64,000 nucleotides of DNA from Candidatus Nomurabacteria bacterium (GTDB lineage Bacteria; Patescibacteriota; Saccharimonadia; Saccharimonadales; CAIOMD01): NCBI GenBank assembly GCA_020631975.1, contig JACKGO010000003.1:106973-170972 (forward strand), given 5' to 3'. The notes beneath the pieces are model-generated. The model was not told the origin of the DNA, made no database searches, and was given only the letters and a program-made list of their open reading frames with translations. Position numbers and translations under genes: made by a program. Position 1 is the stretch's first letter; each line of letters starts with the position of its first letter. Shown here in pieces: positions 10,803 to 19,184 of the stretch.

Positions 10803-12074
10803 ATGGAAATTATAAATATTATTGCCCGCCAAATATTAGATTCACGTGGTGTCCCTACTGTAGAAGCAGACGTTTTACTCGCAAATGGCTCAAGCGGTAG
10901 AGCAGCCGTGCCATCTGGTGCATCTACCGGCATACACGAAGCACATGAACTAAGAGATGGCGAAGCGGCTTATCATGGTCAATCTGTATATAAAGCTGTA
11001 GACAATATTCACACACATATATTGCCAGCCTTGCGCGGTATTCCGGCTGACGATCAGTTCAAAATAGATCAAATTATGATTGATCTAGACGGCACGCCAA
11101 ATAAGGCACAGCTCGGCGCAAACGCCATATTGGCTGTATCTTTAGCTGTAGCTCACGCTGCAGCAAAATCTCGTGGAATATTGTTGTATAAGCACATTGC
11201 CGATATTGCGCAACCACAGCAGCTATTGTTACCTATGCCAATGTTAAACGTGCTTAACGGCGGTAAACATGCAAATGGTTCTACAGATATCCAAGAGTCA
11301 ATGATAATGCCCCTAAGCGCCCACACGTTTAGCCAGGCGTTGCAAATGAGTGTAGAAATATTTCAAGAGCTCAAAATGCTTATTCACAGCAAAGGCTATG
11401 CAACTACTGTTGGTGACGAAGGTGGTTTTGCCCCACATCTTAAAAATGGTAACGCCGAAGCATTTGATTTACTATCAGAAGCTACAGATAAAGCTGGGTA
11501 CACCCCAGGGCAAGACGTGGCCTTTGCGGTAGATGTGGCAGCAAGCGAGCTGTACAAAGATGGTTCATATCATTTTACGTCAGAACGTAAACATTTTAAT
11601 ACTCAAGATCTAATTGAATGGTTTAAGCGTGTAGTAAGTCAATACCCTATTGTATCTATAGAAGACGGTTTGGCAGAAGACGATTGGGACGGCTGGAAGC
11701 ACCTTAAAGTGGCACTACCAACCACACAGCTGGTTGGTGATGATTTGTTAGTAACAAACACCGAACGCCTGCAATACGCTATACAAGAAGACGCTGCGAA
11801 TGCCATTTTAATAAAACCAAACCAAATAGGTACGCTTACAGAAACAATTCGGGCAATTCAAATGGCAAAAGAAAACGGCTGGAACACAATAGTGTCGCAC
11901 CGCTCGGGTGAAACAGAAGACGTATCTATTGTACATATTGCCATTGGCACTGGTGCCGGGCAAATTAAAACAGGGAGCCTTTCGCGCAGTGAACGTGTCG
12001 CCAAATATAACGAATTACTCCGCCTAGAGGCCATAGATAGTTCGTTGCTATTGCAAAATCCTTTTACCTCTTAA
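10803..12074 (+). CDS. eno: Enolase
   Basis: ILDSRG, SGASTG, IEDGLAEDDW and SHRSGETED motifs. Confidence 0.97.
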   Translation: MEIINIIARQILDSRGVPTVEADVLLANGSSGRAAVPSGASTGIHEAHELRDGEAAYHGQSVYKAVDNIHTHILPALRGIPADDQFKIDQIMIDLDGTPNKAQLGANAILAVSLAVAHAAAKSRGILLYKHIADIAQPQQLLLPMPMLNVLNGGKHANGSTDIQESMIMPLSAHTFSQALQMSVEIFQELKMLIHSKGYATTVGDEGGFAPHLKNGNAEAFDLLSEATDKAGYTPGQDVAFAVDVAASELYKDGSYHFTSERKHFNTQDLIEWFKRVVSQYPIVSIEDGLAEDDWDGWKHLKVALPTTQLVGDDLLVTNTERLQYAIQEDAANAILIKPNQIGTLTETIRAIQMAKENGWNTIVSHRSGETEDVSIVHIAIGTGAGQIKTGSLSRSERVAKYNELLRLEAIDSSLLLQNPFTS

Positions 12075-12194
12075 ATCAAGTATTTATATCACTAAAAATA
12101 TCACGAATAAAAAATATTATTGTGATTGTTAAAATTTTCTACCAAAAAACTTCAACGATAAAAGTATTTGCTCACCAGATTATAGAAGAAACTT

Positions 12195-12557
12195 CTATTG
12201 TAGATCAGGAATTAACACTTTAGCGTTGCGGAATCTATGTATAGATTCTGCGACGATAGCTGCCTGCTCTGCTTGTGTAAAGCTATCATAAGCTTCGGGT
12301 GATACTCTTTGAGCATAAGCTGCGACACTCATAGTGTCTGGGTATCTCTTTGAAGTACCACGCTCGTTATTACGTTTCATGACTCGTTGTAATGATTCAT
12401 ATGCTATGTTTAGTTGCTCGTGAGTAAGCTCTTGCCCTCGTTCTCTGCTTTCTTCTAATAGTTCTTGCACAATATCTTGTTCAGAATACACGCGCCTTTC
12501 TATTGTCATGTGTTTTATATGTCCTTTCTGTTGGTCCAATTTAAAAAACGCGGGCAA
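12195..12557 (-). CDS. Hypothetical protein
   Basis: 120-aa ORF with no recognisable motif. The true start may be the internal ATG at 12509 (MTIERRVY). Confidence 0.45.
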   Translation of the reverse strand: MPAFFKLDQQKGHIKHMTIERRVYSEQDIVQELLEESRERGQELTHEQLNIAYESLQRVMKRNNERGTSKRYPDTMSVAAYAQRVSPEAYDSFTQAEQAAIVAESIHRFRNAKVLIPDLQ

Positions 12558-12841
12558 ACAGCTATAGCCTACGCTTTATTTTTGGTTAGTTGTTAGTTTA
12601 CAGTGGTGATGTGTTGTCACACCATCGTATGCATATAAGTATATGCTTATGGTTTAGCACAGTCAATATGAAATTGCTCTTTTGTATAATATGTATTTTC
12701 GCATTGCAAATAGCATTTTAATAATTACTAAAATGTTTAGTAATTTTGTAGACAACATACCCCTGTTATGGTACTATTGACTAGCTTATTTATGCGCATA
12801 CTGGCTGGTTCATCCAGATTTTTATGTCACACATATAGCGC

Positions 12842-12858
12842 GGTCCCGTCGTCTAACG
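12842..12858 (+). repeat. Perfect copy of tRNA-Glu positions 1-17 (acceptor 5' strand to D-loop)
   Basis: GGTCCCGTCGTCTAACG is identical to 13037-13053. Confidence 0.9.
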
Positions 12859-13036
12859 TGAGAGTAGCCAGTAGGCTGCTCGCAAGAAAACCTTCCGATG
12901 AAAACTTGTTTTCAGTAGCGAAGTTTTGAGGCCACAGGATGTGGCAGGACATCAGTTTGCAAAGATGTTGTGACGGGCTCGCTAAAAGTGAGTCGATTCA
13001 GAATCGAACCCAGCTGCAGTATAATTAAGCTTACAT
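12859..13036 (+). other. Hairpin-rich non-coding segment (family member A5) between the tRNA-Glu 5' fragment and the intact tRNA-Glu; candidate structured RNA or miniature integrated element
   Basis: Hairpins: GTAGCC-AGTA-GGCTGC, TGAAAAC-TT-GTTTTCA (12899-12914), GCCAC-AGGAT-GTGGC, and GGCTCGC-TAAAA-GTGAGTC. About 33/41 nt match 28686-28726. GGGCTCGC..AGTGAGTCGA is shared with 51118-51140. It contains AGGACATCAG (12946-12955), which equals tRNA-Glu positions 21-30. It ends with TATAAT at 13020-13025. Confidence 0.6.
13020..13025 (+). promoter_or_regulatory. Candidate -10 box (TATAAT) for tRNA-Glu
   Basis: A consensus TATAAT lies 11 nt upstream of tRNA position 1. The same arrangement is seen upstream of tRNA-Lys, tRNA-Arg(TCG) and tRNA-His. 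Confidence 0.4.
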
Positions 13037-13111
13037 GGTCCCGTCGTCTAACGGTTAGGACATCAGGTTTTCATCCTGGAAACAGGGGTTCGATTCCCCT
13101 CGGGATCACCA
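13037..13111 (+). tRNA. tRNA-Glu (anticodon TTC), CCA encoded
   Basis: Manual cloverleaf: acceptor GGTCCCG/CGGGATC, D-stem GTCT/GGAC, anticodon stem TCAGG/CCTGG, loop TTTTCAT, T-arm AGGGG-TTCGATT-CCCCT. 75 nt. Confidence 0.93.
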
Positions 13112-13180
13112 ATAAAAATACCTCAGCTAGTCTGGGTGTTTTTATTGGTTGGTTGTCAACGGCAACCGGACACCTGTAAA

Positions 13181-13234
13181 GGGTTCAGATAATCCCCCTA
13201 AGCAAAGCGACAAACGGGCGGATTATACCCTAGT
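13181..13234 (+). other. Conserved junction module preceding the duplicated tRNA-Glu 3' end
   Basis: GGGTTCAGATAAT is followed by a long hairpin (ATAATCCCCC ... GGGCGGATTAT). The same 13-mer plus an equivalent hairpin (ATAATTT ... AAATTAT) sits before the duplicated tRNA-Arg 3' end at 50753-50790. Confidence 0.45.
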
Positions 13235-13254
13235 ATTCCCCTCGGGATCACCAA
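13235..13254 (+). repeat. Perfect copy of the tRNA-Glu 3' end (T-loop A58 to CCA plus 1 nt); att-type direct repeat
   Basis: ATTCCCCTCGGGATCACCAA is identical to 13093-13112. Confidence 0.9.
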
Positions 13255-13258
13255 AAGC

Positions 13259-13284
13259 GACTCACAGTATGTGGGTCTTTTTTT
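13259..13284 (+). terminator. Rho-independent terminator
   Basis: GACTCAC-AGTAT-GTGGGTC stem-loop followed by T7. Confidence 0.7.
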
Positions 13285-13378
13285 AGGAACGTTAGATTTC
13301 TGATCGCAAACTTAGTAAAACATACTGCCCCTAAAGCCACCCAGGCCAGGCCATAAGCGTCTGTTATAATAAATACCG

Positions 13379-14302
13379 ATGATACAGGGTGATTTACAAG
13401 CCAATACTCCGCTAAAAATGACTAATCTGACCAAACTATATGGTCAATATCGTGGCGTTAAGAATATTAATCTCACACTACAGCACGGTGAAGTTTTTGG
13501 CTTTTTAGGGCCTAATGGTGCCGGTAAAAGTACCACAATACGAACTATTTTAAACTTTATAACGCCTTCTGAAGGTTCTGCTACTATTTATGGCTTAGAT
13601 AGCGTAAAAGATAGTGTAGAAATTAAAAACAATATTGGGTACTTAGCTGGTGATATTGCCCTGTACGACAACATGACGGGTCGCAATTTACTAAAATTTT
13701 TAACGCGTCTGGGCAAGCAAACAGATTGGGCATATGTAGACGAACTCGCCCATAGGCTCGATGCCAACCTGGTAAGACCTATCCATACACTCAGCAAAGG
13801 GAATGTCCAAAAAATTGGCCTTATTCAGGCATTTATGCACAAACCTAGCTTGCTGATTCTAGACGAACCAACCAGTGGCCTTGACCCACTCATGAAGCAA
13901 GTATTTTACGATATGGTGGCCGAACTAAAAGCTCAAGGCAAAACTATTTTTGTATCTTCACACGATCTTACAGAAGTTCAAAAAATATGTGATAGAGCCG
14001 CCTTTATACGCCAGGGTAAACTCATAGCGATTGAAGATATTCAAACCGCCAAAGCAATTAATCTGCGGAAATATCGCGCCCGCTTTGCTAAAAAAGTAGA
14101 TGCAAAGCCCTTTGTGCATCTTGCAAACGTCTCTGATGTAGAAGTAGCAGGTGACGAGCTTACGCTTACCGTCACAGGGAGTATAGAAGCTTTTATTACA
14201 GAGCTCGCTAAGCATAAACCACAAGATCTCAATGAACAAGAAGTAGCCCTAGAAGATTTATTTATTCATTACTATAAGGATGAGTCAGACAATAATGCGT
14301 AA
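13379..14302 (+). CDS. ABC transporter ATP-binding protein
   Basis: Walker A GPNGAGKST, signature LSKGNVQK and Walker B LLILDEPTSGLD. TGTTATAAT extended -10 lies just upstream. Confidence 0.9.
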   Translation: MIQGDLQANTPLKMTNLTKLYGQYRGVKNINLTLQHGEVFGFLGPNGAGKSTTIRTILNFITPSEGSATIYGLDSVKDSVEIKNNIGYLAGDIALYDNMTGRNLLKFLTRLGKQTDWAYVDELAHRLDANLVRPIHTLSKGNVQKIGLIQAFMHKPSLLILDEPTSGLDPLMKQVFYDMVAELKAQGKTIFVSSHDLTEVQKICDRAAFIRQGKLIAIEDIQTAKAINLRKYRARFAKKVDAKPFVHLANVSDVEVAGDELTLTVTGSIEAFITELAKHKPQDLNEQEVALEDLFIHYYKDESDNNA

Positions 14303-15086
14303 TACTATCTACAGCAAAGCTGTGTGGGACCGTAAAATTAGCACTGGTGTATGGAGTATAAGCATGGCAGCTTTTGCACTTATGTTTGCATGGGTTTTTG
14401 AAATATACGCAGGCGAAATAACCAATTTTTCTGATAATTTTCCAGCGGAACTTTCTGCAGTAATAGGTGATCTTGCAGCTGCTACAACCCCAGCTGGATT
14501 TTTGGCAGTAGAACTATATTCGCTCTTTTTACCGTTAATTGTAGCGATAGTAGGCATAACTTTTGGCGCCGCAGCAATTGGCAAAGAAGAAGAATCAGGC
14601 ACATTAGAGCTGTTACTGGCGAGCCCAATCAGCCGTCGTAAAATATTAGTGCAAAAATTTGGCGCTATAGCAACCGTACTTTTTGTTATTCCGTTCGCCA
14701 CATGGCTGGGGGTTGTAGTAGGAAAAAGTATCTTCCCGTTTGACGTAAACGTATGGCACGTTGCGCTCGCATCATTTGCCAGTTTTTTCCTTGGCATGGT
14801 GTATGCATCAGCAGCATTCGCTGGGCAGTCTGTAAGTGGCAAACGCGGTATTGGGCTTGGTATCGGTGGTGGGTTACTTGCAGTTACCTATATTGCAGAT
14901 GTTGTATCAAAGTTAGTAGACCGCTTAGAATTTTTGCAATATATAAGCCCTTTTTATTATTTTGATATAAGCAATGTGCTATTTGGTAATGGGCGTATCG
15001 GTAATTTTGCAGTACTCGCAGGTCTAGTAGCGGTGTTTTATACAGTTGTACATATCGCCTTTAAAAATAGAGATACAGGCGTATAG
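14280..15086 (+). CDS. ABC-2-type transporter permease
   Basis: 268-aa multi-pass membrane protein that overlaps the ATPase gene by 23 nt. Confidence 0.75.
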   Translation: MSQTIMRNTIYSKAVWDRKISTGVWSISMAAFALMFAWVFEIYAGEITNFSDNFPAELSAVIGDLAAATTPAGFLAVELYSLFLPLIVAIVGITFGAAAIGKEEESGTLELLLASPISRRKILVQKFGAIATVLFVIPFATWLGVVVGKSIFPFDVNVWHVALASFASFFLGMVYASAAFAGQSVSGKRGIGLGIGGGLLAVTYIADVVSKLVDRLEFLQYISPFYYFDISNVLFGNGRIGNFAVLAGLVAVFYTVVHIAFKNRDTGV

Positions 15087-15381
15087 CCAATACCCACTTA
15101 AACTATAGCTAATACACTGTTAGCACATACCATACATCTTCTGTACTATTGCATTTTGCCATAGCCAGCCCAACCTTTGCGCAAAAATTTGGCCAGGTTA
15201 CATTAGCATGGTTACTATTTTTAACCATGTACAACCACTGCGTACAATTTTTTTGTGTACGGAAAAGTGATTGTTTTTGATATATTGTTTGTTTAGCTAG
15301 CAGCGGTCAGCCATAATCGCTATATAGTAGCTAGTTCTATATAAGCATATTTTGCAAAATGATGCCTAGGTTATCCACACC

Positions 15382-15415
15382 AAAATCCCCTGCTCGGACC
15401 GGCAGGGGATTTTTA
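15382..15415. terminator. Bidirectional rho-independent terminator between convergent genes
   Basis: AAAA-ATCCCCTGC-TCGGACCG-GCAGGGGAT-TTTT. Confidence 0.75.
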
Positions 15416-15445
15416 GTTTAGGGGTGTGTTTGTGTATGTAGGGGG

Positions 15446-16768
15446 CTATAAGCCAAGCTTGCGGCTAATCCATAGTCTGTGACCAAAGGCGCCTAAGATG
15501 CTTACTCCGCTCATGATTCCGATAACCGAACCTGCACCTGTATTAGGTAGTTCTGGTGTTGGTGTTACGGGTGTTTCGGTACATTTAGGGTCGTCAAAGT
15601 TCAGCTCTGGGTTGGTTGGGCATGGTTTACAGTTTGGATCATCTATTGGCAAACTAGGGTTGGTTGGGCAAGCAACTGGTACTTCTGCAAACGATACGGT
15701 TTGGGTACAGTTTACACCAGATACTGTTACGTCTTTGCCATCTACCTTACCTGTTACGCTTGCAACGATCTTAAAGTCGCCATAGGTTGTGTAGGTGTGC
15801 TCAGCAGTTTGTTTGTTTACTGCTTTTGATCCGTCACCAAAGTTGATGCTGTATGAATCAATTTTGGTATTTTCTGCAGTACCTTTAACAGTTACCTTTA
15901 CATACTTCTTTTCTTTGTTAACAGCGTCTAAGGTAAGTGTTGTACATTTAATAGCTTGATGTTCTGGTTTGGGTTCTGGTTTGGGTTCTGGTGTTGGAGG
16001 TGTTACAAACTCTACTGATTTAGTACAGCCAGCGCTTGTTACTGTTTTGGTCTTATCGTTAACCTTACCAGATACATGTGCCACAATTGTATATTTGCCG
16101 TCAGCTGCATATGTGTGGTTCGCGGACTGCTTGTTCACAACGGTGCCATCACCAAAGTCTATTTTGTAACCATCTATCTTGGTGTTTGATGCACTGCCGC
16201 TAACACTTGCGGATACTGATTTCTTGGTTGTATCTAGCGTTACCTTAAGTGCGTCACAGCTAATTGCTTGTACCTTAGGTTTTGGTGGCTCTACAGCCTT
16301 ACCAGTCACTGGGTTACCACAAGGTGTCATTACGGCAAACATAAATTTACCATTTTTATCTAACGCTACCTTAGCAGCTTGGGCGGTACCCATTTTACTG
16401 GTACTTACCTTACCCATGGTGCGAATATACGTTTTAGCGTCTTTGGCAACAACTTTGTTACCAATTTTTACATCACCATCTTTATAGACAACGCCGTCTT
16501 CAAACTTTGCGCCTTCTATATCTTTAACGCTTAAACCAAACTTACTATAAATATCTTTGATATTTTTAGCACTATTTTGGCCATCGCCGTTTTGTAGTTT
16601 TTTAACAATTTCTGCTTTTGTCATTGACCCACAATACATAACTGCATATTTATCACAGTCACGTGTAGTGTCTATGTTTACGGCTTTAGCCGGCATAGCG
16701 ATAAGCGCTACAATTGCAAGTGCAAAAACAGATGCAATTCCCATTAAAAACTTTGTTGCGATACTCAT
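15446..16768 (-). CDS. Sortase-anchored surface protein with two PKD-like domains
   Basis: C-terminal LPNTGAG, a hydrophobic stretch and RKLGL form a sorting signal. There are two repeats with PKD signatures (IDFGDGT..H.Y..DGKYTIV and INFGDGS..H.Y..GDFKIV) and a PEPKPEPKPE linker. The start was moved to the ATG at 16768 (MSIATKF, signal peptide), which is preceded by AAGGAGG. The longer ORF would run into the promoter. Confidence 0.85.
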   Translation of the reverse strand: MSIATKFLMGIASVFALAIVALIAMPAKAVNIDTTRDCDKYAVMYCGSMTKAEIVKKLQNGDGQNSAKNIKDIYSKFGLSVKDIEGAKFEDGVVYKDGDVKIGNKVVAKDAKTYIRTMGKVSTSKMGTAQAAKVALDKNGKFMFAVMTPCGNPVTGKAVEPPKPKVQAISCDALKVTLDTTKKSVSASVSGSASNTKIDGYKIDFGDGTVVNKQSANHTYAADGKYTIVAHVSGKVNDKTKTVTSAGCTKSVEFVTPPTPEPKPEPKPEHQAIKCTTLTLDAVNKEKKYVKVTVKGTAENTKIDSYSINFGDGSKAVNKQTAEHTYTTYGDFKIVASVTGKVDGKDVTVSGVNCTQTVSFAEVPVACPTNPSLPIDDPNCKPCPTNPELNFDDPKCTETPVTPTPELPNTGAGSVIGIMSGVSILGAFGHRLWISRKLGL

Positions 16769-16823
16769 TATATTGAGCCTCCTTATTACCTTACACACCA
16801 GTTGATAATCAACTGTTATGCAT

Positions 16824-16852
16824 ATTGTATCACGCTTTTGTTTATTTGTCAA
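16824..16852 (-). promoter_or_regulatory. Near-consensus sigma70-type promoter for the PKD surface-protein gene
   Basis: On the minus strand, TTGACA (16852-16847), a 17-nt spacer, then TACAAT (16829-16824). Confidence 0.6.
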
Positions 16853-16949
16853 TACTCTTATGGTTTGTACCTATAAAAATACCCCTACCATTTTACCGAT
16901 AGGGGTATTTTTTTGTAAGTATAGCGGTCAGTCTCGTGCTTACAGATGC

Positions 16950-17831
16950 TTATTGTAAGCGCTTAACCATCCACAAACGGTAGCCAATTGTACCAAGTGC
17001 CGATACAACAGCTGCGATACCAAGTACCGAGCCTGCACCAGTATTTGGGATACTGGTAGGAGGAGTTACTGGTGTTACCGCACACAGTGTAAGGTCTTTA
17101 GTGTATGTTTCACTATTAAATTCGTCTTCTTTAATGTTGACGATTTTTTTAGTAGTTAGATCACATACAGTAATTTCACCTGGCTGTGCACAATCTGCTA
17201 AGTCTTTTGAGTATTTTTCTGTATTAAACTCAGACTCTTTAATTGTAACAATTTGTTTGGTAGTTAAATCACAAACAGTAATCGTTACTGGTGGGGGCGT
17301 GTCACAGTTAAGTTTTGCTTGAAACTGTACATAACGAGCGTTCATAGTAGATACACCGACGCCACCAGGTACATCAGTACCAGATGTCACAATGCTATCG
17401 CTTAATGAACCAAGTCGTGCACCGTTTGCATCAAAATATTCTGCACTACCGGCGACATAACTCATAGAAGCAGTTTTATCGCTTTTTATGCTTGTTGTGT
17501 CTGATTCTGATTTTGGATTAGCGTTAGCAGCGCTAATAGTCATTTTTACGCTAAAACTTGTTGCTTGCCCAGTTGGCAAAACAGCTTGAGCGCGTACGCC
17601 CGTAAGGTCGTTAGGACCAGGGTTGTGTACATATGCACGGATCTTTACTACGTCGCTACATGTAGCGTTAGTAACATCGGCAAACGTACCATTTTTAGTA
17701 ACATTCTTAGAAGTTACTATATTACCGCCCCCAATGGAGCCGTAATCTTCTACAGCTGACGCTGCGTTTACAAAACCAAATGCTGGTACCATTGCAAATG
17801 CAAGTGCCGCAGCAACTAGAAATTTTTTCAT
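16950..17831 (-). CDS. Sortase-anchored (IPNTG variant) surface protein with a tandem Cys-bracketed ~33-aa repeat
   Basis: Signal peptide MKKFLVAAALAFAMVPAFGFVNAASA. Repeats ITVCDLTTKQIVTIKESEFNTEKYSKDLADC and ITVCDLTTKKIVNIKEDEFNSETYTKDLTLC. C-terminal IPNTGAG, a hydrophobic stretch and KRLQ. AAGGAGG RBS. Confidence 0.85.
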   Translation of the reverse strand: MKKFLVAAALAFAMVPAFGFVNAASAVEDYGSIGGGNIVTSKNVTKNGTFADVTNATCSDVVKIRAYVHNPGPNDLTGVRAQAVLPTGQATSFSVKMTISAANANPKSESDTTSIKSDKTASMSYVAGSAEYFDANGARLGSLSDSIVTSGTDVPGGVGVSTMNARYVQFQAKLNCDTPPPVTITVCDLTTKQIVTIKESEFNTEKYSKDLADCAQPGEITVCDLTTKKIVNIKEDEFNSETYTKDLTLCAVTPVTPPTSIPNTGAGSVLGIAAVVSALGTIGYRLWMVKRLQ

Positions 17832-17870
17832 AGTTCCTCCTTAATAAAAAACTACTCAATTGATAATTTT

Positions 17871-17896
17871 GCAAACTAAATAGTCATTTAAGTCTT
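17871..17896. repeat. Left inverted repeat bounding the GC-rich segment
   Basis: GCAAACTAAATAGTCATTTAAGTCTT matches the reverse complement of 19372-19397 at 23/26 positions. An inner 15-mer at 17963-17977 (ACACTAACTACTACA) is the exact reverse complement of 19311-19325. Confidence 0.8.
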
Positions 17897-17981
17897 GGTT
17901 AGTGCGCGGGGCGCACACAGGCTACGGCTGGTGAAAGCCATATACTGTGTACGCACCCGCTAACACTAACTACTACATCTA

Positions 17982-19184
17982 TCAGGTGTCAGGGTGAATG
18001 ATAAACACCGAGACGAACGACAAGGGTTGGGGGTTAAACATTCCCCCCATGCTGTCAGAAGCGGTACCTGTGAGAGTGCCGTTTCCTTCAGCCTGGGCAC
18101 GGAAGTACCCTTGGTAGCAGGTCCATCCCGTTTCACACGGTGTCACACCGTCGCGTTCGGTCGAGACCGACCGCCAATTGTAGACACCACCGAGCGAACT
18201 CGGGGAGACTACCGGAGACCCCAGGGTGACCGTTGCGCCATCGAAGGCCTTTGCTCGTCCGAAGACAGGCATCGTGCCACCAGGATCGACAGCGTGCTCG
18301 CCGAGAAAGTACTCGGCGAGCGGGTTCTGGTGAACCGGCGTCGGCGTCGGCGTCGGATTTTGTTGGCACATAGCGTAAGCATTGCCTTCCATCGCCACCT
18401 CGGCTGACGCTTTCGCATCCGCCGATGCCTTAGTGCGGTTCTGTTGCCAGTACCGCACCGCTTGCCCTTCGGCATCGATTCGTGTCGACGAACGGAAAGT
18501 GATCCGTTCGTCAAACTCGAATTTTGCACTGCCAAGTCCCGTAACCCAGGATTCGGCAATACAGCCACCGAGCTCGACATGGGCTAACGCTCGTGCTTCA
18601 ATACCGACTACACCGTAGCCGGTCACTACCCACGTTAGTACAAGCTTCCGCTTGACATGGATTTGGGAGTACCTATACTTCGGCATCCTCCTTGTAGGTT
18701 CTGGGTTCTTGCACCTGTTCACCCATTTTGACGCCTTCGGATACCCCATGTGGAAGTATTTGCACCCAGCGTTTGGGGCAAAACTCGTCCACGGGGTTGT
18801 GATGGCGTGGTTCGGGATATTGACTCGTCCCGAACTTGAGTTGTAGGTGGTAGGGTAGGTTTTACCCCGCTTGAGCCGAAACACCTTGCAGGTTTTTACA
18901 CCTGCCTGGTAGTTTTTGACAAACGGAGCTTTCCGCGCCTTACCCACCGAGAGCTTTGGAGCGGCAGGGTCGTTGACCCACCCCACCAGCAACCGACCCT
19001 TCGAGTCAGTTGTGATGGCTGTGGATGATATTACATGCACTGCGCTGTCGGCGGTTTCCTTGAAAAAAACCTCCGACTTCATGCTGACCGGGTCTTCGGC
19101 GGCGCTGGCGGAGTTCGTAATGAACCCCCCCAAGCCAATCATCACCGCCAGAGCGGCGATGAAGCTAAATATCTTCCTGATCAT
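17982..19184 (-). CDS. GC-rich secreted protein of unknown function; probable foreign origin
   Basis: Sampled 60-nt lines are about 50-65% GC against an AT-rich background. The ATG at 19184 is preceded by GAAGGAGGG and gives the signal peptide MIRKIFSFIAALAVMIGLGGFITNSASA. PTPTPTP linker. No recognisable domain. Confidence 0.75.
   Translation of the reverse strand: MIRKIFSFIAALAVMIGLGGFITNSASAAEDPVSMKSEVFFKETADSAVHVISSTAITTDSKGRLLVGWVNDPAAPKLSVGKARKAPFVKNYQAGVKTCKVFRLKRGKTYPTTYNSSSGRVNIPNHAITTPWTSFAPNAGCKYFHMGYPKASKWVNRCKNPEPTRRMPKYRYSQIHVKRKLVLTWVVTGYGVVGIEARALAHVELGGCIAESWVTGLGSAKFEFDERITFRSSTRIDAEGQAVRYWQQNRTKASADAKASAEVAMEGNAYAMCQQNPTPTPTPVHQNPLAEYFLGEHAVDPGGTMPVFGRAKAFDGATVTLGSPVVSPSSLGGVYNWRSVSTERDGVTPCETGWTCYQGYFRAQAEGNGTLTGTASDSMGGMFNPQPLSFVSVFIIHPDT

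Noticed and set aside
9074-10933. The ORF-track version of the dehydrogenase-mutase gene has a 60-aa N-terminal extension.
   Set aside because: The extension overlaps the divergent eno start at 10803 and has no homology-like features. The internal ATG at 10753 begins the recognisable dehydrogenase domain.
12631-12744. AT-rich palindromes GCATATA-AG-TATATGC (12631-12646) and ATTACTAAA-ATG-TTTAGTAAT (12724-12744) in the intergenic region upstream of the hypothetical gene.
   Set aside because: They could be operators. However, such palindromes arise easily in AT-rich spacers, and no regulator or repeated occurrence supports them.
12970-13179. A 69-aa ORF spans the tRNA-Glu gene.
   Set aside because: It reads straight through a well-folded tRNA and its flanking hairpins. 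It is an artefact of an open frame in non-coding DNA.
13181-13193. The 13-mer GGGTTCAGATAAT shared with 50753-50765, taken as proof of homology.
   Set aside because: A single 13-mer match is expected by chance many times in a 64-kb AT-rich window. It is reported only as supporting context, because of its equivalent position and the following hairpin, and not as a standalone feature.
12859-13234. A group I intron interpretation of the tRNA-Glu flanks, with GTTCAGATAAT as an R-like element and GATTATACC as an S-like element.
   Set aside because: The putative exon borders fall in the D-loop and T-loop rather than the anticodon loop. The P7-like pairing is better explained as one long simple hairpin. 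I could not find convincing P3, P4 or P6 pairings, and a full tRNA lies in between. It is kept only as a remote alternative to test with Rfam models.
14309-14842. A 177-aa antisense ORF inside the ABC permease gene, and similar shadow ORFs inside pgk, pyk, ppsA, copB, rny, recA and others.
   Set aside because: They are entirely contained within, and antisense or out of frame to, strongly supported genes. They have no independent motifs.
15960-16000. A short tandem nucleotide repeat (GGTTCTGGTTTGGGTTCTGGTTTGGGTTCTGG), considered as a possible CRISPR or VNTR.
   Set aside because: It encodes the PEPKPEPKPE linker of the PKD surface protein. There is no spacer-repeat architecture, and no CRISPR array is seen anywhere in the window.
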